Shown: piece by piece, positions 55,400 through 64,000 of the stretch
Position numbering within the stretch: position 1 is the stretch's first letter
How the letters are laid out: each line of letters starts with the position of its first letter
IMG/VR virus record: IMGVR_UViG_2918829582_000002
Span: 3,435 to 67,434 of that record
Strand: one strand, 5' to 3'
DNA length: 64,000 nt
Origin: a virus
Taxonomy: Duplodnaviria > Caudoviricetes
Translations under genes and position numbers: made by a program
Notes under the pieces: model-generated
Databases searched by the model: none
What the model saw: only the letters and a program-made list of their open reading frames with translations
What the model was told of the DNA's origin: nothing

Positions 55400-55761
55400 G
55401 CGACTACTACGTGATCAGCCTGAAACACACGCGGCGCACTGACCGGTACGTCACCCTCTGGAAACCGAACGACAGGGGCTATTGCTTCAGGACGCCAAAT
55501 GCGGGGAGGTATCCGGAAGAGACCGTTCGCGCGCATCTCGGGTACTACAACTCAGGGTGCAGCATCGCCGTCCCGTGCGAAGTCATTGATTCACGGACGG
55601 TCACGACGACTCCCCGCGATCAGTTCGATGGGCCGGATGGCCCGGCGTTTCTAAATACTGCCGCTAACTGGAAGTTGCTGCTCGCGAATGTGATTGAGCC
55701 GCCAGCTTACCCCCCTAAGCCCCAATACAAGGGCGCACCCAAAGAAGAGGAGTTCGCATGA
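55396..55761 (+). CDS. Hypothetical protein
   Basis: MSDYYVISLKHT...TLWKPNDRGY; GGAGG RBS. Confidence 0.65.
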   Translation: MSDYYVISLKHTRRTDRYVTLWKPNDRGYCFRTPNAGRYPEETVRAHLGYYNSGCSIAVPCEVIDSRTVTTTPRDQFDGPDGPAFLNTAANWKLLLANVIEPPAYPPKPQYKGAPKEEEFA

Positions 55762-56933
55762 GCGAGTCCAAACAACTGACCGTGCCTGAGCGCGCCGCAA
55801 TCGCAGTCGGCGCCGCGGAGCACGAAAAGCACCTGATGACGCTGGCGAAGAAGTACAGCGACATCACCAAGATCGCCAACGTCGCAGGACGTGATCAGGT
55901 CCACGCTGGCTACATGGAACTGAAGAATGCGCGCGTCGCCATCGAGAAGGCGGGCAAGGATGCTCGCGAGGACGCAAACGCGTTCCAGAAAGCCGTGATC
56001 GAAGAAGTCAAGCGCCTGACGGCCATCACGACAGACGAGGAAGCACGTCTGCAAGTTCTCCGGGATGAGTTCGACGCCGAGCGCGAGCGTGAGAAACAGG
56101 CCAAGGCTGCGGCGGAGAAAGCGCGAGTTGACGGCATCCGCAATCTCATCGACGAGATAAAAACTTGCCCGGCTGAATGCGTCGGACGCTCTGCGGCAGA
56201 GATCCAGGGCGCTATCGACACAATGACTGCCCACCAGATCACGCTCGAAGAGTTCGCCGAGTTTTCTGGCGAGGCAGAGGTGGCAAAGATCGCGGCGCTG
56301 GCGAAGTTGCAGGACGCCTTAGCTGCCCAGCAAGCCCATGAGGCGGAACAGGCACGACTCGCAGCAGAACGCGAGGCGCTTGAACGTCAGCGGGCTGAGC
56401 TTGCCGAGCAGGAGCGCAAAGCTGCAGCCGCTCGGGCAGAGCAGGAAGCTAAGGACCAGGCCGAGCGCGAACGCGTCGAGGCCGAGCAGCGGGCAGCACA
56501 GGAGCGTGCGGCTGAAGCGATGCGCCAGCAGCAAGCCGAGCACGAAGCACGCATGGCGGCGCAACAGGCCGAGATCGATCGTCAGCAGGCGGAGATTGCC
56601 GCGGCAAGGGCAGAGCAGGAGCGAATCGAACGCGAGCGTCAGGCGGCGATTGAGGCCGAGGAACGCGCCAAACGTGAAGCGGCCGAGGCGGAATCTGCGC
56701 GAATTGCCCAAGAAGAGGCTGATCGGATATTTGCGGAACAGGAAGCGCAACGTATTGCCGCCGAAGCCGCGGAGGCAGAACGTCAACGGCGCCAACGCGT
56801 TGAGTTTGAAAAGAACGGGCCAGATGCCGACGAGATGGTTGCGGTGTTGGCCGACCACTACGAAGTAAGTCCTGACGTGACGCGTGCGTGGCTTGGCCGT
56901 CACATGTGGGCACAGATGGAGAAGGCCGCATGA
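55758..56933 (+). CDS. Long coiled-coil protein of the recombination module
   Basis: E/A/R/Q-rich heptads; upstream of recT. Confidence 0.75.
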   Translation: MSESKQLTVPERAAIAVGAAEHEKHLMTLAKKYSDITKIANVAGRDQVHAGYMELKNARVAIEKAGKDAREDANAFQKAVIEEVKRLTAITTDEEARLQVLRDEFDAEREREKQAKAAAEKARVDGIRNLIDEIKTCPAECVGRSAAEIQGAIDTMTAHQITLEEFAEFSGEAEVAKIAALAKLQDALAAQQAHEAEQARLAAEREALERQRAELAEQERKAAAARAEQEAKDQAERERVEAEQRAAQERAAEAMRQQQAEHEARMAAQQAEIDRQQAEIAAARAEQERIERERQAAIEAEERAKREAAEAESARIAQEEADRIFAEQEAQRIAAEAAEAERQRRQRVEFEKNGPDADEMVAVLADHYEVSPDVTRAWLGRHMWAQMEKAA

Positions 56934-57955
56934 GCAACGCGCTTCAGGTGATCACAAACGAGATCTACGGCGTCCGGAACAGCTTCGAGGCCGTCACCGT
57001 AGACCGCTCGATTAACTTCGAGCGCGAGGCCGGGTTCGCAATCCAAATCCTGTCCAACAACGACTACGCGTTGACGGTGGCGATGAACAATCGCCAGTCT
57101 GTCATCGATGCGGTCACGAACATTTCGGCGATCGGCATCAGTCTGAACCCGGCAAAGAAGCTGGCGTATTTGGTGCCGCGCGACAAGAAGATCTGTCTAG
57201 ACATCAGCTATATGGGATTGCTCGATCTGGCGATCGCTTCTGGCTCGATCATGTGGGGGCAAGCCGAACTGGTCTACAGCGCGGACGACTTCCGCCTGAA
57301 CGGTTTCGACAAACCGCCGGCACATGAGCGCAATCCGTTCGCGAAGGACCGAGGTGAGGTTGTGGGCGTCTATGTCGTTGCGAAGACGCACAGCGGCGAC
57401 TACCTGACGTCGACCATGACCATTGATGAGGTCAACGACATCCGCAACCGCTCCAGTGCATGGAAAGCGTATCTGGAGAAGAAAAAGTCTTGCCCGTGGG
57501 TCACCGATCCGGGCGAGATGGCGAAGAAAACCGTCATCAAGCGCGCATACAAGACTTGGCCGAAGACTGACAGGCTCGACAAGGCGATTCACTTTCTCAA
57601 CACGGACGGCGAGGAAGGGCTTGAGTCGATTCGCCAGCAGAATGCCGCCGCCGCGGGGTGTCCCGAGGACGTGTTGTCGGCATGGTGTGCGAAGGCGAAA
57701 ACCGCTCCCAACGCCGACGCCCTCAGCAAGGTGTGGACGGACGGCCTTGCCGTCATAAAGCCGACCAAGGACATGCGCGCTTACAACACGTTCAAGGAAA
57801 CGGTGTCGGTGCGCGGCACCGAGCTCAAGCAGAAGCCTGCGGACGCCAACACGATCGACGTGCGGGCCAAGGAAGTGAGCCGCGAGCCTGGGTCGGACGA
57901 TGCCGATCTGCAAGCAGACTTTCAGCGCCAGATGGCGAAGGAGCAAGCAGCATGA
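56930..57955 (+). CDS. recT: RecT-family single-strand annealing protein
   Basis: ISLNPAKKLAYLVP, LDISYMGL, PWVTDPGEMAKKTVIKRA. Confidence 0.88.
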   Translation: MSNALQVITNEIYGVRNSFEAVTVDRSINFEREAGFAIQILSNNDYALTVAMNNRQSVIDAVTNISAIGISLNPAKKLAYLVPRDKKICLDISYMGLLDLAIASGSIMWGQAELVYSADDFRLNGFDKPPAHERNPFAKDRGEVVGVYVVAKTHSGDYLTSTMTIDEVNDIRNRSSAWKAYLEKKKSCPWVTDPGEMAKKTVIKRAYKTWPKTDRLDKAIHFLNTDGEEGLESIRQQNAAAAGCPEDVLSAWCAKAKTAPNADALSKVWTDGLAVIKPTKDMRAYNTFKETVSVRGTELKQKPADANTIDVRAKEVSREPGSDDADLQADFQRQMAKEQAA

Positions 57956-58587
57956 CTATCCGAATCGAAGTGACGCAGGGCACGGACGAATGGAAGGCGG
58001 CCCGGTGCGGCGTCATAACCGCGTCGAAGTTCAAAGACGCATGCGACAAGCTCAAGAGTGGCAAGCCGTCTGCGAAGGCAATTTTGTACGCCTCACAGGT
58101 GGCCATGGAGCGTGTCACCGGCAAACCGAACGACGAGCAGTTCGTGACGTGGCAAATGAAGCAGGGGACTGAGCGTGAGCCGATGGCGCGCCTTGAGTAC
58201 GAATCGCTGACCGGAAACCTGGCTACGGAGTCGGGAATCATCCTGACCGATGACCGAATGTTCGGATATTCGTCGGACGGCTATGTGGGCGAGGACGGCA
58301 TTATCGAAATCAAGAGCCTCGCGAGCGCCGAAAAGATCATCTCCATGTGGCGCGATCGAGACTTCTCCGACTATATCCACCAGATCCAGGGCGGTCTCTG
58401 GATCAGCGGGCGGAAATGGGCAGATTTTGTCATGTACGCCCCCGATCTGGAATGCGTCGGCAAGCAACTCTTCTACCAGCGCATCGAGCGCGACGAAGCC
58501 TTCATCGAACAACTCGAAGTCGATTTGATGCAATTCGCCGCACTGGTCGCCGAGAACGAGGCCGTGCTTCGACAGCAAGCCGCCTGA
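57952..58587 (+). CDS. YqaJ/lambda-type exonuclease
   Basis: QGTDEWKAARCGVITAS, SSDG, IEIKS, QIQGGLWI. Confidence 0.9.
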   Translation: MTIRIEVTQGTDEWKAARCGVITASKFKDACDKLKSGKPSAKAILYASQVAMERVTGKPNDEQFVTWQMKQGTEREPMARLEYESLTGNLATESGIILTDDRMFGYSSDGYVGEDGIIEIKSLASAEKIISMWRDRDFSDYIHQIQGGLWISGRKWADFVMYAPDLECVGKQLFYQRIERDEAFIEQLEVDLMQFAALVAENEAVLRQQAA

Positions 58588-58762
58588 TTCTACCGCCGCA
58601 GCGCGCACGGATTGGCTACGGCGTTCTCCCGGTAAGCCACGCAGCGGCACCCATCAAAGAACCACGAGCCTAACGGTCCCCGGCCCGTGGGGCGTTGTTG
58701 ACAGCGGCGCATCCCCGGCCGCTCTTTTTCGAATAAACCTGAAACCCTTCTATTGAGGCGAT

Positions 58763-59590
58763 ATGAGCGTGTCACGTCCAATGCTTAGGTACCACGGCGG
58801 CAAGTTCCTGCTTGCAGAATGGGTCATCGAGCATTTCCCGCGTCACCGGATTTACGTGGAGCCTTTCGGAGGCGCCGGATCGGTCCTACTCAAGAAGGAT
58901 CGTAGTTATCAAGACGTGTACAACGACTTGGACGGAGAGATTGTCAATCTATTTCGGGTCGTTCGGGAGCGCGGGGCTGAACTCGTTGCCGCTCTGGAAC
59001 TCACGCCGTATTCGCGGGATGAGTTCGCGACTTCATACGACGTTGCCACGGATCCTGTCGAGCAGGCTCGACGCACTGTAATTCGTTCTTTCATGGGGCA
59101 CGGCAGCAACTCGCATAACCGGCCTACGGGGTTTCGCCGTCACTCTCGGCTGTCCGGTACTTCACCCTGCAACGACTGGCGCAATTACCCGCCCGCGCTC
59201 GTGGAGATCGTCGAGAGGCTGCAAGGGGTCGTGATCGAGAACCGTGACGCATTAGGCTTGATTGAAGAACAGGACAGCCCTGACACGCTGTTTTATCTCG
59301 ATCCACCTTATGTCATGGCGACGAGAGATAAAGGCAGCGACTACCGGCATGAAATGACTGATGGACAGCACCGTGACCTCGCAGAGCTGCTCCACCGTGT
59401 CAAAGGAATGGTGGTTCTGTCTGGCTATCACAGTGATCTCTATAACGAACTCTATGCGGACTGGCCATTTATCGACCGCGCCGCTCTTGCCGACGGAGCT
59501 CGAGCACGAACGGAAACTCTGTGGCTTAGCCCGAGCTGCTCCCTAGCACTTTCACGCGAGCGAGCCCAACAAGGGCTTGAGTTCGCCTGA
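58763..59590 (+). CDS. dam: DNA adenine methyltransferase (Dam/D12 class)
   Basis: RYHGGK, YVEPFGGAG, YLDPPY. Confidence 0.9.
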   Translation: MSVSRPMLRYHGGKFLLAEWVIEHFPRHRIYVEPFGGAGSVLLKKDRSYQDVYNDLDGEIVNLFRVVRERGAELVAALELTPYSRDEFATSYDVATDPVEQARRTVIRSFMGHGSNSHNRPTGFRRHSRLSGTSPCNDWRNYPPALVEIVERLQGVVIENRDALGLIEEQDSPDTLFYLDPPYVMATRDKGSDYRHEMTDGQHRDLAELLHRVKGMVVLSGYHSDLYNELYADWPFIDRAALADGARARTETLWLSPSCSLALSRERAQQGLEFA

Positions 59591-59613
59591 CCCACTACGT
59601 TACCGGCATAGAC

Positions 59614-59877
59614 ATGACCGACCTGAACAAACTCAGCCGCCAAGCACTATCCGCAGCCATGCGCGGGGGTACAGAAGGATGGGGAGAATGGGGATCGTCT
59701 GCTGACCATGTTCGATACAGCGAGCCTCTACCGAAGCGCCCTGGACGCCGCAAAACCTGTTGGTGCGGCTGCGGCAATCCCCGGACGCATGCAGGAAAGG
59801 CGAACGGCGTTGCGCTCACAACCGCATGCGAGCTTGGCATTGCGCGCTGGGTGAAAACCGGCAGCGTCAAACCCTAA
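59614..59877 (+). CDS. Hypothetical protein
   Basis: 87 aa; CWCGC...H...C. Confidence 0.65.
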   Translation: MTDLNKLSRQALSAAMRGGTEGWGEWGSSADHVRYSEPLPKRPGRRKTCWCGCGNPRTHAGKANGVALTTACELGIARWVKTGSVKP

Positions 59878-59889
59878 CCGAGACCAATT

Positions 59890-60177
59890 ATGACCACCAT
59901 CAATGAACTTTGCGACCGCCAATACGACTGGGTAGAGCGCATGGGCTGGCACAACAAGACCGTGCTCGAAGCGCTTGCTCTGATCGCATCCGAAGTCGGC
60001 GAAGCAGTCAACGAATGCCGCGGCGAAGAGCCCACCGACGCATTCGGCGAAGAATTAGCAGACATTCTGCTGCGCACTTTCGATCTGGCGAAGTGGCAGG
60101 GAATCGACCTGGAAGCGGCCATTTTGCGAAAGATGGCGATCAACGAAGAACGCGGCACGCGCGGCCGGCGAATCTAG
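59890..60177 (+). CDS. MazG-like NTP pyrophosphohydrolase
   Basis: LIASEVGEAVNE...GEELADILLR...KMAIN. Confidence 0.85.
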   Translation: MTTINELCDRQYDWVERMGWHNKTVLEALALIASEVGEAVNECRGEEPTDAFGEELADILLRTFDLAKWQGIDLEAAILRKMAINEERGTRGRRI

Positions 60178-60187
60178 GACGCCCATC

Positions 60188-60922
60188 ATGACAAACACCA
60201 CTATGAATACAGGCGCAGCGAGTCTGAGCGATGAGCAGATCGAAGCACTGAAAGCTGCCGCACTGGCCGCGACGCCGCAGGACATCGATGGAGCGCAACG
60301 CATCGATCGTTACGAAGACGGAAGTCAAATCTTATGCCCCGCCTGCGGCGGCGAAGGGTATGTCGAACTAAACACCGACTTCTGCAATTACGACGGCGAG
60401 GCGCTGGGTGTTCAGTTCTACGGCATCGGCAACGCGCATGCCTTGGCCGAGGCGTACTTCCGTGCGGCAAAGCCCGCCACCGTGCTCGCTCTGATCGAGC
60501 GCTTGGAGCGCGCTGAAGCCACTCCCGCCCAGCAGGCAGACGCCGCGCCGAGCGATGACGGACTGATTCCGCGTCCTGATCTGGAGCGTGACCCACTCTG
60601 GCAGTGGCGCTGCATCGCCAACGAGGCCGAAGTAGTGGTGAATCACAAGGGCAAATTTTTAATGCTCAACGAGGAAATGTGCGTTCGCCTTGGCGCTGCG
60701 CTCGAAGACGCCGCGATAGCTGCTGGCGGAGCGCAAGAGCCGGTCCCCGGTACTTCAGAGTACGGCTCTTGGATCAACAAGGCCAAGCAGGCGACTGACT
60801 GCAAGCTGTCGTTTCATCGCGATGAGTTCAAATATCTTTGCCAGTTCGAGCAGGAACTAAGGAAGGTCTACGCCGCGCCGCTCCCTCGCGTAGCCGAGAC
60901 TGCGTGCACCAAGCGAGAATGA
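60188..60922 (+). CDS. Ead/Ea22-like composite protein
   Basis: LKAAALAATP...AKPATVLALIERLE; CPACGG motif. Confidence 0.7.
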   Translation: MTNTTMNTGAASLSDEQIEALKAAALAATPQDIDGAQRIDRYEDGSQILCPACGGEGYVELNTDFCNYDGEALGVQFYGIGNAHALAEAYFRAAKPATVLALIERLERAEATPAQQADAAPSDDGLIPRPDLERDPLWQWRCIANEAEVVVNHKGKFLMLNEEMCVRLGAALEDAAIAAGGAQEPVPGTSEYGSWINKAKQATDCKLSFHRDEFKYLCQFEQELRKVYAAPLPRVAETACTKRE

Positions 60923-61136
60923 TTGCTAACCCGCTGCATGCAAGTCCCACAACGAATAAAACCATAGCCTCTCGAAAGGCTGACTTGCCAATCAGGCTTA
61001 CTACGCGGTCCATTCCGGTGAGCATGCCTGCTGCGGCACCCCCGTTCAGCAAGGCGAGATATTTGAATGCTTCCAAGGAAATCGTGATGAGCGATTTGTA
61101 CGTCTCAACTTTGTGTTCGTGGATGAAATCCGACAT
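60828..61136 (-). pseudogene. Opposite-strand membrane-protein gene, apparently 3'-truncated
   Basis: MSDFIHE...LLNGGAAAGML...FVVGLACSGLAIILAWCTQ, then an abrupt switch to sequence overlapping the plus-strand gene. Confidence 0.5.
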
Positions 61137-61206
61137 TTTTGCCCCGGGTATTTGCACGAATCCTAGCATGACCGAAGCAGTGCAACGAATGACAGGAAAT
61201 TTACAG

Positions 61207-61482
61207 ATGTCTGAATGGCAACCAATCAGCACCGCGCCGAAGGACGGCACACGCTTTCTAGCATGGCATAAAGACCGCGTCGATTTTTTCCACTGGCAGC
61301 ATTTGAACGGTAGTTGTGATGCTCCGGTGGGCTGGCGCGACAGCTTCATATACGTATATCCCGAAGGCGATAGCAACGGTCCATCGCATTGGATGCCGCT
61401 TCCAGATGCACCGCCAAAGCCGATCGAGCCGGAACCCGAGCGCGACACCAAGACCATTGACATGTTTGGAACGAGCGAATGA
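61207..61482 (+). CDS. DUF551-like protein
   Basis: WQPISTAPKDGT...PSHWMPLPDAP. Confidence 0.8.
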   Translation: MSEWQPISTAPKDGTRFLAWHKDRVDFFHWQHLNGSCDAPVGWRDSFIYVYPEGDSNGPSHWMPLPDAPPKPIEPEPERDTKTIDMFGTSE

Positions 61483-61691
61483 ACCACAAAACGAAACTTA
61501 AACGTCCACACTTGTGGCGCCCATCCGGCGATGGATGCATGACGCTGGATGATGCCAATGGCCGCTACGTTCATATGAGCGAATGGGACAAACTCGCTCG
61601 AGAGGTCCGGTTCTGTATGGCAAAGCTTCGTCGCGCCGCAGAACACATCGCCGAGTTGGAGCGGCGGCCTGGATGGAACGGGAAAACGTGA
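61479..61691 (+). CDS. Hypothetical protein
   Basis: 70 aa; overlapping neighbours. Confidence 0.55.
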   Translation: MNHKTKLKRPHLWRPSGDGCMTLDDANGRYVHMSEWDKLAREVRFCMAKLRRAAEHIAELERRPGWNGKT

Positions 61692-61897
61692 GGGCCGATC
61701 AAGTGAACCACCTCAACAGCCGCCGAGCATTCGAAGAATCGCACCGCTCGTTCTCGCTGGCAAAGCAGCCGACTAGCCACCAGGTGCATGACCTTTGTAG
61801 CAAGTTTGCCCAGATGGTCGCCGATGATCGGCGGGACAAGGTGTCAGTGGGACTGTCTGCGGCGGGGATTAATGTGGTCAGGGAGCCGAGGAAATGA
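61688..61897 (+). CDS. Hypothetical protein
   Basis: GTGA overlap; 69 aa. Confidence 0.5.
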   Translation: MRADQVNHLNSRRAFEESHRSFSLAKQPTSHQVHDLCSKFAQMVADDRRDKVSVGLSAAGINVVREPRK

Positions 61898-62067
61898 CTG
61901 ATGCGGTCTATCAAGCTCTGCGAGCCGCAGTGAACATCGCCAGATACGAGCAGGTTCGCTGCGTTTCAACGCTGAAGCGCCTGTTGATTCAACGAGGCCA
62001 TGCACCGGACGACGCTAACGAGGCAATACAGGCATGGGTGAACTACGAGAGGTCAAAGCAATGCTAG
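61894..62067 (+). CDS. Hypothetical 57 aa protein
   Basis: Manual translation MTDAVYQALRAAVNIARYEQ... Confidence 0.5.
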   Translation: MTDAVYQALRAAVNIARYEQVRCVSTLKRLLIQRGHAPDDANEAIQAWVNYERSKQC

Positions 62068-62222
62068 GCGAAACATGCAGCCATGGAATCACGTGGTCCT
62101 GCCAGTGCCGCGAGTGCGACCTGATCGCAGCTCGGGAGACGGTGCGGCACTTCGGATCCATGGTCGACGAGGCTAGGGCGATGATTGCTGAGGCTGAGCA
62201 AACAACCGAGGAGCAACGATGA
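62061..62222 (+). CDS. Hypothetical 53 aa protein
   Basis: CSHG...CQCREC motif. Confidence 0.55.
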   Translation: MLGETCSHGITWSCQCRECDLIAARETVRHFGSMVDEARAMIAEAEQTTEEQR

Positions 62223-62653
62223 ATGCAAAAGAACTGGCCGCACAACTGAACGGCATCCAATACCCCGTACGCATCCCGAAAACGCTCACCGATGCCGCCA
62301 AGGCAGCAGGGCTTGTGATTGTCTACGGCGCAAGCGATGACCTGATGGAATTCGAAGGCGCGATCTATGACGAGGTGGGGTGCTATGACGGCGGCACGGC
62401 GTACGTCGACGCCAAGGGTCTGCTGCCAGACCGCGAGAGCATCGACGATGACGACGATCTGAAAGACTACTTCGCCCGCGAGCCGCACGCCAAGACTATT
62501 GAAGCTCTGTGGTGTAAGGAAGGCGAATACTCGTGGACGTACAAGACGGAAATTCCTCACGAGACGTTCGAAGTGCTGGAGGACGGTGAACCGCCGTATT
62601 GCCGAGGCATCGTGTTCGCGCTGGCTGATTTGGCGGAGAAGCAGGCGACATGA
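62219..62653 (+). CDS. Hypothetical phage protein
   Basis: GLVIVYGASDDLMEFEG...YCRGIVF. Confidence 0.8.
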   Translation: MNAKELAAQLNGIQYPVRIPKTLTDAAKAAGLVIVYGASDDLMEFEGAIYDEVGCYDGGTAYVDAKGLLPDRESIDDDDDLKDYFAREPHAKTIEALWCKEGEYSWTYKTEIPHETFEVLEDGEPPYCRGIVFALADLAEKQAT

Positions 62654-62714
62654 TGAAAGAAGCACAGCGGGTGATTGAAACCACACGACGGGACTGGTTT
62701 CGGGGGGAGGAAAG

Positions 62715-62939
62715 ATGAGCGATCTGATATTGAGCGAGGACGAAATCGTCGACCTCACCGGAAAGCACCGATGGGGTTCACAATCAGCGGTGTTGAACAG
62801 CTTGGGGATCCATCACAAGGTTCGTCCGGACGGCAGGATCATCGTCGCCCGCGCTCACTTCAATCACGTGATGGTCGACAAGGAAACGAAGCGACGGAAG
62901 CCCGTCGAGGCGGAGCCTGACTGGAGCGCCGCAGCATAG
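62715..62939 (+). CDS. DUF4224 excisionase-like protein
   Basis: LSEDEIVDLTG...LGIHHKVRPDGRIIVAR; directly upstream of the integrase. Confidence 0.8.
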   Translation: MSDLILSEDEIVDLTGKHRWGSQSAVLNSLGIHHKVRPDGRIIVARAHFNHVMVDKETKRRKPVEAEPDWSAAA

Positions 62940-62947
62940 GAGCAATC

Positions 62948-64000
62948 ATGCCAAGGCCACGAAGCAAAGAAAACAAAGGCCTGCCGAAGCGCTGGCGGAA
63001 CATCAACGGCGTCTATTACTATGCGGTGCCGCCGGGCCTCGAAGAATCGTGGGGCGGCAAACAGCTGTTCAGGCTCGGGACAACGTTGCCAGAAGCGTAT
63101 CAGGTATGGGCGGACCGGGTAGGGGCGATCGACAACGCCAAGACGATACAGCAGTTGCTTGACCGGTATGCGATGGAGGTTGTGCCCAAAAAGGAAGTCA
63201 CAACGCAGGCGCACAACGCCGTAGCAATCAAGAAGCTGAGCGCCATTTTAGGCAAGATGACTCTGCTAAGTATCAAACCGAAGCACATCTACCAGTACAT
63301 CGATAAGCGATCCGCGAAAGTGGCCGCAAAACGGGAAATCGAAGTCCTGTCTCATGCCTTCACAAAAGCGGTGCAGTGGGGCTACCTCGACAAGCATCCT
63401 TTCAAAGGCGAAATCCGGTTGGAAGGCGAAAAGCCACGCACGCGCTACGTCGAGGATTGGGAGATTGTCGAATGCCTGTCAATCGAAGCCCGACGAAAGA
63501 AAGGCAGTGTGTTGGCAGTCCAGTCTTACATCCGCATCAAGTTGCTGACTGGAATGCGCCGCGGCGACTTGCTTCGGCTCACCATGTCCAGCCTTCAGGA
63601 AGACGGCATTCATGTGCAGCCAGGTAAGACTGAAAACACGACCGGTAAGCGCCTTATATACGAGTGGTCAGACGAGCTAAAAGAAGCTGTTCAGATGGCG
63701 AAAAACGCGCGGCCAGTCCAGTTCTCGCCATTTCTATTCTGCAATCGCCAGGGGTCGTGCTACTTCAATGAGGAGTCGGGGCGGGCAGGAGGATGGGATA
63801 CGATGTGGCGGAACTTCATGCGCCGCGTCAGGACGGAGACCGAAGCAAAGGAGCATTTCACTGAGCATGACCTGCGGGCAAAATGTGCCAGCGACGCGGA
63901 ATCTCTCGAGCGCGCCAAGCAGCTTCTTTCACACGCCGACAGCAAAACGACCGAGCGGATCTACCGCCGCAGGCCTGAGCGGGTGAAGCCACTGCGATAG
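62948..64000 (+). CDS. int: Tyrosine integrase
   Basis: TGMRRGDL (Arg), HDLR, LSH, terminal IY catalytic Tyr. Confidence 0.95.
   Translation: MPRPRSKENKGLPKRWRNINGVYYYAVPPGLEESWGGKQLFRLGTTLPEAYQVWADRVGAIDNAKTIQQLLDRYAMEVVPKKEVTTQAHNAVAIKKLSAILGKMTLLSIKPKHIYQYIDKRSAKVAAKREIEVLSHAFTKAVQWGYLDKHPFKGEIRLEGEKPRTRYVEDWEIVECLSIEARRKKGSVLAVQSYIRIKLLTGMRRGDLLRLTMSSLQEDGIHVQPGKTENTTGKRLIYEWSDELKEAVQMAKNARPVQFSPFLFCNRQGSCYFNEESGRAGGWDTMWRNFMRRVRTETEAKEHFTEHDLRAKCASDAESLERAKQLLSHADSKTTERIYRRRPERVKPLR

Noticed and set aside
62948-64000. attL/attR core repeat
   Set aside because: The window ends at the integrase stop and begins inside a phage gene, so neither boundary is present.

Overview
The whole 64 kb window is one near-complete temperate prophage from a high-GC host (Burkholderia-group-like by gene content; this is inference). 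It is truncated at the left edge and ends exactly at the integrase stop codon on the right, so no att site is visible. The early region is lambdoid. It has a tyrosine integrase and DUF4224 excisionase-like gene, a plus-strand pL operon (RecT, YqaJ exonuclease, Dam, MazG-like, two homing endonucleases), and a cI/cro switch with clear TAGGC-N3-GCCTA operators. The minus-strand pR operon carries cII-like, O/P-like replication, nin-type and Q-like genes. The minus-strand late region encodes a contractile-tail virion: DUF2280 TerS, TerL, DUF1073-type portal, MuF, DUF2213 protease/scaffold, HK97-type capsid, sheath, tube, a short tape measure with an SLT domain, baseplate and fibres. It is followed by an accessory block (acyltransferase-3, SGNH lipoprotein, HTH regulator, HigBA), the lysis genes and further structural-type genes. 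The most notable observations are: (i) two fibre-like proteins with Sec signal peptides and paired cysteines; (ii) a surface O-acetylation module alongside an apparently virion-associated SGNH esterase; (iii) a prohead protease carrying a NUDIX domain and a variable insert bounded by repeated KAD motifs; (iv) one small beta-domain inserted in three different virion proteins; (v) an array of long-stem structured RNA elements in the pL transcript, including a tRNA-like cloverleaf ending ACCA; (vi) an HNH gene that duplicates the start of its downstream neighbour. All family assignments are from motif recognition, not database searches.
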